From the IMG/VR virus record IMGVR_UViG_3300048856_000042, positions 1 to 61,120 of that record: a DNA stretch of 61,120 nucleotides. One strand, written 5' to 3'. Below the pieces are notes generated by a model that saw nothing but the letters and a program-made list of their open reading frames with translations, did no database searches and had not been told where the DNA came from. Source of the stretch: a virus (lineage: Duplodnaviria; Caudoviricetes). Below, piece after piece: positions 17,890 to 25,695 of the stretch. Made by a program: the position numbers and the translations under genes. Position 1 is the stretch's first letter; every line of letters begins with the position of its first letter.

Positions 17890-17932
17890 GTGGTACTCCT
17901 TAAGTCGTATACCCCCATTATATCACACGGGG

Positions 17933-18376
17933 TTAAAAGATATCGTGCTTGTATACCTTGATACCAGCGGCTTGAAGCAGTTCCACACCAGCAGTCAGGC
18001 GATAAGGCAGGTCATATGTGAGCTTGGTTACGCCCGCATTGATCAGGCTCCGAGCGCATGCCGAACAAGGCATATGAGTGACATGTACCTCAGTACCTTC
18101 GAGTGCCAACCCATGGCGAGCAGCCCAAGCGATGGCGTTTCGCTCAGCGTGTTCCGCGACCTCGCAGCCACTCTCTGGCATTACGATGTTGTCGAAGAAT
18201 GGCTGCTTTTCGGCATGGACGCAATGGGGCATCCCTGCAGGAGCGCCATTATAGCCAGTGCTGACAATGCGACCGTCACGACTGAAAACGGCCCCCACTT
18301 GCAGCCTCGAGCACGTGCCTCTCTTTGCGATCGCATGAGCTACCTCCATCAGCATCTCGTCACGTGTAGTTCTCAC
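17933..18376 (-). CDS. dCMP deaminase
   Basis: TCSRLQVGAV, TGYNG, HAERNAI, PCSAC. Confidence 0.92.
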   Translation of the reverse strand: MRTTRDEMLMEVAHAIAKRGTCSRLQVGAVFSRDGRIVSTGYNGAPAGMPHCVHAEKQPFFDNIVMPESGCEVAEHAERNAIAWAARHGLALEGTEVHVTHMPCSACARSLINAGVTKLTYDLPYRLTAGVELLQAAGIKVYKHDIF

Positions 18377-18507
18377 AGATCATCCCCCATGCTCGCCTCG
18401 ACCGTGCATTGGAGGCCTTGAGCATTGATAGCCCCCACCACTGATTGGTATACGTCGGGGAACTCCTTAGCTCCACCCTCATGAATGACGATTTCCAGCT
18501 TAATCAT
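18373..18507 (-). CDS. small hypothetical protein (44 aa)
   Basis: MIKLEIVIHE...; coupled on both sides. Confidence 0.55.
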   Translation of the reverse strand: MIKLEIVIHEGGAKEFPDVYQSVVGAINAQGLQCTVEASMGDDL

Positions 18508-19376
18508 TAGTACCACAACTTTCCTTGATTGTTCCACATCTCGATCATTGGAAGATCGGCATCGAAGATATGAAGATTGGCGGTATGGAAGATCAACTTG
18601 CCAGGCCGCAACGGACGATGCGGGTTCGCTTCGCGGAGCTGATCGACAACCCATTGAACAAGGCGCACTGCGAGATAGACATCATCTTGGAAGTGCCTAA
18701 GCAGGTCCGTGGACCGCATGAAATAGGAGCAATCAATCTGCCCATCTCGGATGATGAAGTGGTACCCGAGAGTGCAGGGTACTCGCTTGCCATGTACTGC
18801 TCCAGTATCTTCAGGAAACCAGATCGGAAGGTATGCCTGGCGAGTATTCGGGGACTTGATCAGCTGATTGATGACATCGTTCAGATCTCCATAGGCAAAT
18901 CTAATTCCGATATTGATCTCGCCTTCACTGCCCCGAATCAATGAACCAGCATGTTTCGGCCACATGCGCTCGGGATAGGTGTGGGAGAATGCTTCGCCTT
19001 CGCTCTTGTGAGCAACGTTCGTGCCATCTTTCTTGGCAGCGAAAGGCCACCAAGCCTCGGAGGGGGAGGGATTAAGGGGCTCGCCACTGACTCGTTCGCG
19101 GAAATGATCTTCAGCCCAAGGCATCCGAGCGCCAGTGACAATGGCCACCTGCTCAGGGAATTCAGGCATCTCCCACTCGAAGATGACATGTAGCAACTCT
19201 CGCATGGGCATATCGATCGCCTGAGACTGCCACTCACCGACAGAGACCGGAGGCTGTGCTACCAGCTCATCACGAAGTCGACGAAAGATCGAGCGAAAGG
19301 TCTCATAACTGGGGCCCTCGGCCTCGTGAATCGTCGAAGCAATGAACATGGAAGCGGTTCCTCCGGTCTCTGACAT
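18507..19376 (-). CDS. thymidylate-synthase-fold enzyme, probably dCMP-specific (hydroxy)methyltransferase
   Basis: TRQAYLPIW, VPCTLGYHF, MRSTDLLRHFQDD (Asp at the Asn177-equivalent), NLHIF. Confidence 0.8.
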   Translation of the reverse strand: MSETGGTASMFIASTIHEAEGPSYETFRSIFRRLRDELVAQPPVSVGEWQSQAIDMPMRELLHVIFEWEMPEFPEQVAIVTGARMPWAEDHFRERVSGEPLNPSPSEAWWPFAAKKDGTNVAHKSEGEAFSHTYPERMWPKHAGSLIRGSEGEINIGIRFAYGDLNDVINQLIKSPNTRQAYLPIWFPEDTGAVHGKRVPCTLGYHFIIRDGQIDCSYFMRSTDLLRHFQDDVYLAVRLVQWVVDQLREANPHRPLRPGKLIFHTANLHIFDADLPMIEMWNNQGKLWY

Positions 19377-19445
19377 ATCCCGTATCACTCCGGGACGTTA
19401 ATCATGGGTGATTGATTAGATCATATCAACTGGGAATGACCCTAG

Positions 19446-19766
19446 TCAATCCTCTTCGGAATCGAGCAACCCGGCCGCAGCATCCGACCAGTAGTCGTGA
19501 GTCACGTCCGCGATACCTACAGCCATGTATGTGTTGATACCCATGCTGGCTTCCTGGAGAAGATCGTCAAACTCGTCTTCGTCGTTGATCACCGAGACGG
19601 CGATGGGAAGTACCCAACCGGTAACGATAAGGTTACCCGCCTTGCCATCTTTGTCGTTGATCACTGCCCATGACTGAGCATAGGCAGCGAGCTCGCGGAT
19701 CTTTCCATCCAGTTCGGACTTGATCCGTTTGTATACTGGGTCGTCGTTGATATTACTCATCATCAT
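19446..19766 (-). CDS. hypothetical protein
   Basis: AAGGAG RBS; overlaps the upstream stop. Confidence 0.65.
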   Translation of the reverse strand: MMMSNINDDPVYKRIKSELDGKIRELAAYAQSWAVINDKDGKAGNLIVTGWVLPIAVSVINDEDEFDDLLQEASMGINTYMAVGIADVTHDYWSDAAAGLLDSEED

Positions 19767-20784
19767 CTCCTTCGTCCTCGCCGCCACCCACGAAGGGTTC
19801 ACCGTACCGGCGACTGATGGGCATTCCGATTGGAGCGAAGTCCAGCGTGTCGATATGAACCGAGGGGAGTGGCTCATAAGCCTTGAAGAACTCTTTCTTC
19901 TCGCCTTTCATTGGACCTTTCTTGTAAAACTCCCAGCCCTCGAACTGCTGAGCGTACTCAAGTCCATGAACCTCAGTGTGGTATCGACGAACCACTCGAC
20001 GGAAGGTATTGTATGTCAGGGCTCCGAGAGTTCGACCCTCAGCATCTTCCCGGACGACTTTCTGGATCCACTTGCGTGAGCCAAGTAGAGCGGGATGCTC
20101 GATGACCATGAGCTTCTCTTCACGAGTGAAGGTGTTGCTTGGCTCAAGCAGCAGTCGTCGAAAGAGCTTTGACTTCTCGGGATCAGGGTTGTTGAGCAGG
20201 AAGGACATGGACTTGAAGAAATGCCACTGAGTCGCTTCATTGATCCACACGAAACTGATGTCCTTGACCGAGATGCCAAGCTCTCGAGCGATGTACTTTC
20301 CGAGCATGTAAGCGACACCCATATCGAGTCCACCGACATATCCGAGATATGATGTTCTCGAGTGAAGAACGATCGTCGGGCGAGGCAGCGCTTTGTAGCT
20401 GAAGCTCAGCATACAGGCACCCCAGGTACGAGTCTGCTTGTTCGAGTGGCCAGTTGCCTCACCACCTCGGGGCTTGACCGTCTTGGTACGCATGACAGCG
20501 ATGCCGCGTTCCTTGACCCCGATCTTCGAAGTGATACGACCGATCCACTGCTCGAGGTCCTGAGGATCGATATACTGACGCACGAGCATCGACCAGCGAG
20601 CCTTCGTAAGCCAGGAGGATTTGAGGTCGAAGTCGAAGTCCATCGAATCCGCTTCAGCAACTACTAGATGCTGCTGCACATCGACAGAGCTGACTAGATC
20701 GAGGTCTTCGCGCTTACCCCAGACGAGACCATCGACAAGCTCATCGTAGAGCTCAGTCATCGTGGAGGTGTGGAAATTCCTCAT
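19753..20784 (-). CDS. highly divergent second thymidylate-synthase-fold protein
   Basis: WGACMLSFSY, LHSRTSYLGYVGGLD and ATQWHFF align in order with the TS PC, RSxD...N and HxY motifs. Confidence 0.6.
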   Translation of the reverse strand: MRNFHTSTMTELYDELVDGLVWGKREDLDLVSSVDVQQHLVVAEADSMDFDFDLKSSWLTKARWSMLVRQYIDPQDLEQWIGRITSKIGVKERGIAVMRTKTVKPRGGEATGHSNKQTRTWGACMLSFSYKALPRPTIVLHSRTSYLGYVGGLDMGVAYMLGKYIARELGISVKDISFVWINEATQWHFFKSMSFLLNNPDPEKSKLFRRLLLEPSNTFTREEKLMVIEHPALLGSRKWIQKVVREDAEGRTLGALTYNTFRRVVRRYHTEVHGLEYAQQFEGWEFYKKGPMKGEKKEFFKAYEPLPSVHIDTLDFAPIGMPISRRYGEPFVGGGEDEGDDDE

Positions 20785-21344
20785 CGGCCGGAATCCTTTG
20801 CTGAGTCGGGAATAAATTGGCGTCCCAAAACAGCGCACCAATTCAAAGGTCCTTGATACGAACCAAGTCGACCGAAAGTCACCCGGCATTCGACTGCTTC
20901 GTCATCGAGAGCGCGCTTGCAGCCAGGGCACTTGGTGCTGACTCCATCGTACTCCTCGTTCTGGCGCTTCTCATTCTTAGCGTGCTTGGCGTCGTAGCGC
21001 CGCTTGATTTCCATCTCATCGAGACCCAGGAGCAAAGCCCCATTGAGCATGAAGTGGAACATATCGATCCACTCACCCCGAGCTGCCTCCATGTTGACGA
21101 AGGCACCCTTTGCCCAGGGCTTCCACCCGGTCTCACCCTCCATCTCCACCATTTCGTGGAGGAGCGCCTTGTCATTCCACTGCATCATCTTGATGATACC
21201 AGCGGCAGCATCATCGGTCGAGAGCTGAGCAGCTTCTGCACCGGCGAACTCATTGAAGAGCTTGGTGGGATGGGGCGAACCGTTCTTTTCTTCCATGACT
21301 CGCTGCAGATCGCTCTGCTGGTCGAGGAAATACTGGAGACTCAC
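20781..21344 (-). CDS. all-alpha dNTP pyrophosphatase (dimeric dUTPase/dCTPase, MazG superfamily)
   Basis: HEMVEM...WKPW...EWIDMFHF...KHAKNEKRQ...Y. Confidence 0.85.
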   Translation of the reverse strand: MSLQYFLDQQSDLQRVMEEKNGSPHPTKLFNEFAGAEAAQLSTDDAAAGIIKMMQWNDKALLHEMVEMEGETGWKPWAKGAFVNMEAARGEWIDMFHFMLNGALLLGLDEMEIKRRYDAKHAKNEKRQNEEYDGVSTKCPGCKRALDDEAVECRVTFGRLGSYQGPLNWCAVLGRQFIPDSAKDSGR

Positions 21345-21889
21345 TTGGTGTTCCTTTCAGCCTTCCGGTCAGCCAGGAGGCCCAGTACAAAGCCCTCCGT
21401 CTCGCCCGGATAGGTATCGGTGTAATCGTGGATGATGGTGCGAGTAGGACGATTGATCAGGTCGAGGGTTGCTCGCTGAAGGTATGCCGTGTAGATCTGC
21501 TCGATATGATCGACGACCTGGGTGTTATCCGGATCGCCTTCGAGATTGAATCTGACTGTGTCGAGTGGCGGCAGGCAGTAGATAATGATCGGATCGTTCT
21601 CGTAGAGCTTGCTCATCGAGTGCAGCACCCAGTCGAAGTCAGTGAATCCGGGCTGCTGAGTGATCCTCAGTGTCGGTCCATAGATGAACTCGCTGATCAA
21701 CCTGTAGCGATCATAGATGGCGTCGTGAGGACCCTGATCCAAGTTATCCTCGACCCACACCTTCAAGTCGAGGAGTGCCTTCGTCTCCTTGTTAACCACC
21801 CGTTTAGCTACCTCGAAGCCTGTAAGCTCTTGAATCGACTTGATCAGGGTAGTCTTGCCTGCCCCATCGGGACCTTCGACGATGATCAC
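21341..21889 (-). CDS. deoxynucleoside monophosphate kinase (thymidylate-kinase-like)
   Basis: IIVEGPDGAGKTT, YDRY..SE..YG. Confidence 0.88.
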   Translation of the reverse strand: MIIVEGPDGAGKTTLIKSIQELTGFEVAKRVVNKETKALLDLKVWVEDNLDQGPHDAIYDRYRLISEFIYGPTLRITQQPGFTDFDWVLHSMSKLYENDPIIIYCLPPLDTVRFNLEGDPDNTQVVDHIEQIYTAYLQRATLDLINRPTRTIIHDYTDTYPGETEGFVLGLLADRKAERNTK

Positions 21890-22041
21890 TACTTGCTCCT
21901 GAACTTCGTGTCGGCGCGAATGGCTTCGGAGTTAGCCTGAACTTGATCAGTCAGTGCGCTGATGTGAACTGCAAGCAAAAGACCCAAAACGATAACTACG
22001 GCGAACAGCGCCCAGATGAGAAAGGTGAGTGCGGTTTCCAT
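21889..22041 (-). CDS. small membrane protein (50 aa)
   Basis: METALTFLIWALFAVVIVLGLLL; coupled on both sides. Confidence 0.6.
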   Translation of the reverse strand: METALTFLIWALFAVVIVLGLLLAVHISALTDQVQANSEAIRADTKFRSK

Positions 22042-22274
22042 CAGATCTCCTCGACTTCAATCCAGAGAGTCTGACCAATCAGGGTCCGTTCTTCTTCACT
22101 GTCCTCAGGACCGTCATAGTGATTCTCGACCTTCACGTCGGTGACGGTTGAAATGATACCCGAGTTCTTATCGATGATGGCCACCCTTGCTTCGGGGGAA
22201 ATCTTTCCATCGAGGAACTGAGCCGAGAGGAGCGTTGATCGCGAGACGATGTCACTGGCGGTTTTGATTTCCAT
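22041..22274 (-). CDS. hypothetical protein (leaderless, first gene of the nucleotide operon)
   Basis: ATG sits at the predicted +1 of the adjacent promoter. Confidence 0.7.
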   Translation of the reverse strand: MEIKTASDIVSRSTLLSAQFLDGKISPEARVAIIDKNSGIISTVTDVKVENHYDGPEDSEEERTLIGQTLWIEVEEI

Positions 22275-22280
22275 GCTTTA

Positions 22281-22309
22281 ACCCTATCTTATCCCCGTTA
22301 CCTTGTCAA
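22281..22309 (-). promoter_or_regulatory. SigA-type promoter of the nucleotide-metabolism operon
   Basis: TTGACA-N17-TAGGGT. Confidence 0.75.
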
Positions 22310-22318
22310 TGGTCTCAT

Positions 22319-23872
22319 TCACCCGAAAGTCTTACCAAGTCGAAGCAGGCGATCCGGGGATTCGATCATCATCTTACCCATGTCCCCATCCTTCAGCAGC
22401 GTCTCGTACCTAAGCTCATCGACGGTATCCTTACCCAAGTAGAACTCATGGAAGGTAGGGTGAGGACTCAGCGCGATCCGGTCAGAGAACTGTTTGAAAT
22501 TCACCCAGGAAGTGGGGAGGGAATACCACTGAAGAATGCTGGCGGCAGACAGGTCGATAGCTTCACCGGCTGCAGCAGGCTGTCCAATGAAGATGGCTCC
22601 CCCAGAAACTTTACTGAACTGATGAGGTATGGGTGCCCGGTCCGCCTGCTTAACCCCACCATGAATGGCGAAGGTCGGAACGCCCAACTTCTTTCCAAGC
22701 TTGATAAGTCGTGCAATGTCGTGCTTGAAGAGTGCACCGATAACCACCTTCTCGTCTGCTTCCATAAGGTCCGTGAGCCGGTCTTCAATCGCCCTCAGCT
22801 TCTCTGCCCCAATGATGACGAGACGGCCCTCAGGATGTTCCTTGCTCGGCGTCGTCTTTGCCACCCCGGAAGTGATCTGCTGAAGCCTGAGCTGTTGGAC
22901 GAGCTTGATCGACGCTTCGGTAATCTCTCCGGTCCGGATACGTGCAACCATATCCTCTGCCATCTGGTCATAGGCTTTTCCAGACTCTTCCAGGGGGACA
23001 GAGATGATCTGTGTCGTTTGGGGAGGTAGGTCATAACATTCTTCTCGAGTAATGCTGAAACTATCAAGATGGATAAGGGAGTGAAGCTTCTTCTCATTTC
23101 GGGGACCGAGAAACTTCTGGTATTTCTCCTGAGCAAGCCAGCGTCCGTACTCCGCCTTGAACTCAGCGAAGTTCATGGGATTACCCCACTCATCGACGAA
23201 TCGCTCAGGATTGAGGAACTTCCATTGACTGTAGACGTCGAAGAGTCGTTTCTCCTTCGTCACAACAGTACCCGTCATCAGTGTGCGATACTCAGCATGC
23301 TTACCCAGTGAGTGAATCGCTGTCGACTTTTTGGCACTGGGGGACTTGATACGATGGCTCTCATCGAGAGTAATGAGTTGCGGGTTCCACCTGATCACCA
23401 TGTTCTTCATAGCATAGCGACCGCCCTTGGTCTTCGACCTCAGGTGATTGCCTTCCTTGTCAAGAACAGGCTTACCCTTGTCTGGCCCCCGCATGTGATA
23501 CCGAAGCTCACCCGGTGTGGAGAAGGCGTCGTAGTTAATGATGACGATGTCGAGGATATCCTTCCCATACGCCGGCATACGCCCATTCTTTCGACCGTCC
23601 CGATCCATAATGACAAGGCGGTACTTCACTGGGCAATTAACTTCGAGCTCTCGCCTCCACACCTCAATGGCGACCACCGGGCAGATGATCACCCACCGGT
23701 TCATGCCATGAAACTCATGGAGGATCGAAGCATAGTCGATCATGGTTTTGGTCTTACCAGTTCGGGGCTCCATGAGCAAAGCACCACCATAACCAGTCTT
23801 CAGTAGTTTCTTGACTGCTTGAACCTGGTGCTTGTATGGCTTGGTCTTGAACCTATAGATTCGACGACTCAC
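22319..23872 (-). CDS. SNF2-family SF2 helicase
   Basis: MEPRTGKT, INYD, LDESHRIK, MTGT, QFSDRI. Confidence 0.88.
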   Translation of the reverse strand: MSRRIYRFKTKPYKHQVQAVKKLLKTGYGGALLMEPRTGKTKTMIDYASILHEFHGMNRWVIICPVVAIEVWRRELEVNCPVKYRLVIMDRDGRKNGRMPAYGKDILDIVIINYDAFSTPGELRYHMRGPDKGKPVLDKEGNHLRSKTKGGRYAMKNMVIRWNPQLITLDESHRIKSPSAKKSTAIHSLGKHAEYRTLMTGTVVTKEKRLFDVYSQWKFLNPERFVDEWGNPMNFAEFKAEYGRWLAQEKYQKFLGPRNEKKLHSLIHLDSFSITREECYDLPPQTTQIISVPLEESGKAYDQMAEDMVARIRTGEITEASIKLVQQLRLQQITSGVAKTTPSKEHPEGRLVIIGAEKLRAIEDRLTDLMEADEKVVIGALFKHDIARLIKLGKKLGVPTFAIHGGVKQADRAPIPHQFSKVSGGAIFIGQPAAAGEAIDLSAASILQWYSLPTSWVNFKQFSDRIALSPHPTFHEFYLGKDTVDELRYETLLKDGDMGKMMIESPDRLLRLGKTFG

Positions 23873-24288
23873 TCGTTCATCCGATCTTCCATCTTCGTGC
23901 TAAAGGTACCCGGCCCAAGTGAACCGATGAAATTGAACCAAGTATGACCCCAGTTATCCCATCTCACCATTGAGATGATATCCTTGGGCTTCAGTAGGTT
24001 GACTAGTGCTGAGTTGTTTTGCGCCGGCCTCTTGCACTCAGTGCACATCCACCAACCCAATTTCTTGCCCCGCTTCAGCGTTGAGGCTTGGGTCTTCGTG
24101 GTCATTTGCTTCTCAGGGGGGCATGAACAGAACGGTGCACGGGGTTTTGCAAATAGGCCTACTACCCGGAACGACTTACCATTGCGAGTGGCATTATCAA
24201 TCTGTGCGCGTAGCTTGTTCGCAGAGGCTTCATCATCGAACTCGATGAGGAGGTATCTACTTGGCAATGGACACCTCACATCTGTCAT
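23869..24288 (-). CDS. hypothetical protein (Cys-containing)
   Basis: CSC...CTEC; coupled to the helicase. Confidence 0.65.
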   Translation of the reverse strand: MTDVRCPLPSRYLLIEFDDEASANKLRAQIDNATRNGKSFRVVGLFAKPRAPFCSCPPEKQMTTKTQASTLKRGKKLGWWMCTECKRPAQNNSALVNLLKPKDIISMVRWDNWGHTWFNFIGSLGPGTFSTKMEDRMNE

Positions 24289-24430
24289 CGATCAGACAGT
24301 CAGTGAGAGTAGCTCCCGGACCGAGGGTGATGTGGCAAGCTTGGAAGTCAACCCCATTAAGTTCGCCCCCCTTGATCTCTACTACCCCATTGCGAACGAT
24401 CATCCGTTCTTCCCCAGCTTCACGAATCAT
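24257..24430 (-). CDS. small hypothetical protein
   Basis: Fills the operon gap; start uncertain. Confidence 0.45.
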   Translation of the reverse strand: MIREAGEERMIVRNGVVEIKGGELNGVDFQACHITLGPGATLTDCLIDDRCEVSIAK

Positions 24431-24612
24431 CCGAGCAGATCCTTTGTATAGGTGCATCCGTATCCCGAGCACCAGCGATGACTGGGCTTGCATGTATCGA
24501 TCCCACTGATTACCACGGCTTTCAATACATCATCATGCCCGCACGAGGGGCACTTCTCGAGGATGTCGATGGTAATCTCTTGAGTGGATACGGGGTCGGC
24601 AGATTTGCGCAT
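24427..24612 (-). CDS. small Zn-ribbon protein (leaderless)
   Basis: MRKSADP...CPSCG...CSGYGC; ATG at the predicted +1 of TTGACT-N17-TATGAT. Confidence 0.65.
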   Translation of the reverse strand: MRKSADPVSTQEITIDILEKCPSCGHDDVLKAVVISGIDTCKPSHRWCSGYGCTYTKDLLG

Positions 24613-24618
24613 GCTTAT

Positions 24619-24703
24619 ATCATAATGCCCGAGTATAACCGAGTCAATGTCGAGTTTCTCCATTCCCAGCCCCCTTGACAACCTAACCGAGATGGGGTAA
24701 AGT
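24619..24703. promoter_or_regulatory. back-to-back divergent SigA promoters
   Basis: Minus: TTGACT(24647-24642)-N17-TATGAT; plus: TTGACA(24675-24680)-N17-TAAAGT. Confidence 0.75.
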
Positions 24704-24762
24704 ATATCTCGACGCCCTAACAAGGCACTATCCCACCATCGCCGAAGCAAAGGAAAAGGCTC

Positions 24763-25197
24763 ATGGCCACGAAGGCAACCGCCACCAAGAAGACCGCTGC
24801 AAAGAAGCCTGCCGCCAAGCCGGCACCCGCTCCCGAGGTCACCGAAGAGGGCACGTTCGGTGTCGCCAACATCGTCGAGCTGATCAAGGTCAAGACCGGC
24901 AAGACCACGAAGACCCGCGATCTGCGTATCCTCCTCCGCAAGATGGCCCGTGACGGTCGACTCAACCGCGAGATCGTCGCCGGCAACCGCAACCGCTGGG
25001 AGTGGACCGGCCCGGAGGACCCGGAGATCGACCTCATCATCGAGGCTTTCGAGGCTGGCGAGCTCGAGGAAGACAAGCAGGCCAAGCTCCAGGCGCTGAA
25101 GGACCGCAAGGCCAAGGAGAAGGCCGAGAAGGCTGCTGCCGCTGCCGCTGAGGCCGATGAGGCTGAGGGCGACGACGAGGAGCTCGAGGACGAGTAA
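24763..25197 (+). CDS. winged-HTH-like DNA-binding protein with basic N-tail and acidic C-tail (paralogue family member 2)
   Basis: AKKPAAK tail; TRDLRILLRK...GNRNRWEW; strongly biased codon use. Confidence 0.75.
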   Translation: MATKATATKKTAAKKPAAKPAPAPEVTEEGTFGVANIVELIKVKTGKTTKTRDLRILLRKMARDGRLNREIVAGNRNRWEWTGPEDPEIDLIIEAFEAGELEEDKQAKLQALKDRKAKEKAEKAAAAAAEADEAEGDDEELEDE

Positions 25198-25214
25198 TCG
25201 TTCCAATACCAACT

Positions 25215-25243
25215 GTGCCCCTGGGCTAATCACCTGGGGGCAC
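25215..25243 (+). terminator. hairpin after ORF 24763 at a convergent junction
   Basis: GTGCCCCTGGG / CCTGGGGGCAC. Confidence 0.55.
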
Positions 25244-25279
25244 GGTTCTGTGTATGCGCTCTGAATGCTCACATGATAA

Positions 25280-25357
25280 ATGACTCGACCCCCAGGGTGA
25301 TAGGCATTTTTGGCCCTCTCTGAGCCTTTCCTATCCCATCCCTGAGGGTCGAATCAT
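25280..25357. repeat. 18-bp imperfect inverted repeat
   Basis: ATGACTCGACCCCCAGGG vs CCCTGAGGGTCGAATCAT (16/18 complementary). Confidence 0.75.
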
Positions 25358-25364
25358 GCGCGCA

Positions 25365-25685
25365 TCACTCAACGGGCGGAACCCTCACCACATTGATCGC
25401 CTGCTCGATCTGCTCGTCCGTAACGGCTGCCGGATTCAGCCCTGGAGCAGGAGGAGTGGCCTCGATATGAGCCTGTCGAATACCCGCGGCATAGGCGTAG
25501 ACATCAGTGACTGTCTGAAGACCGGGAGTAGCCGTATCGATATCGACACTGATGAGAGTCGCGATGTTGTTCTGAACGAAGGACCCGGGTGCATCCAGGC
25601 CCATCATCTCAGCCTTGGCGATGAATCGCTGGATCAGATCGATATCGTCCCGAGCGGCGATGTGCTGAGCAGTTGTGGCAGACAT
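25365..25685 (-). CDS. hypothetical protein at end of tail operon
   Basis: AAGGAG RBS; follows the tail fibre-like gene. Confidence 0.7.
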   Translation of the reverse strand: MSATTAQHIAARDDIDLIQRFIAKAEMMGLDAPGSFVQNNIATLISVDIDTATPGLQTVTDVYAYAAGIRQAHIEATPPAPGLNPAAVTDEQIEQAINVVRVPPVE

Positions 25686-25695
25686 TAATTTCTCC

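Noticed and set aside
24427-25272. 281-aa minus-strand ORF
   Set aside because: Mostly antisense to ORF 24763; only the last 61 codons, after the leaderless promoter, look real
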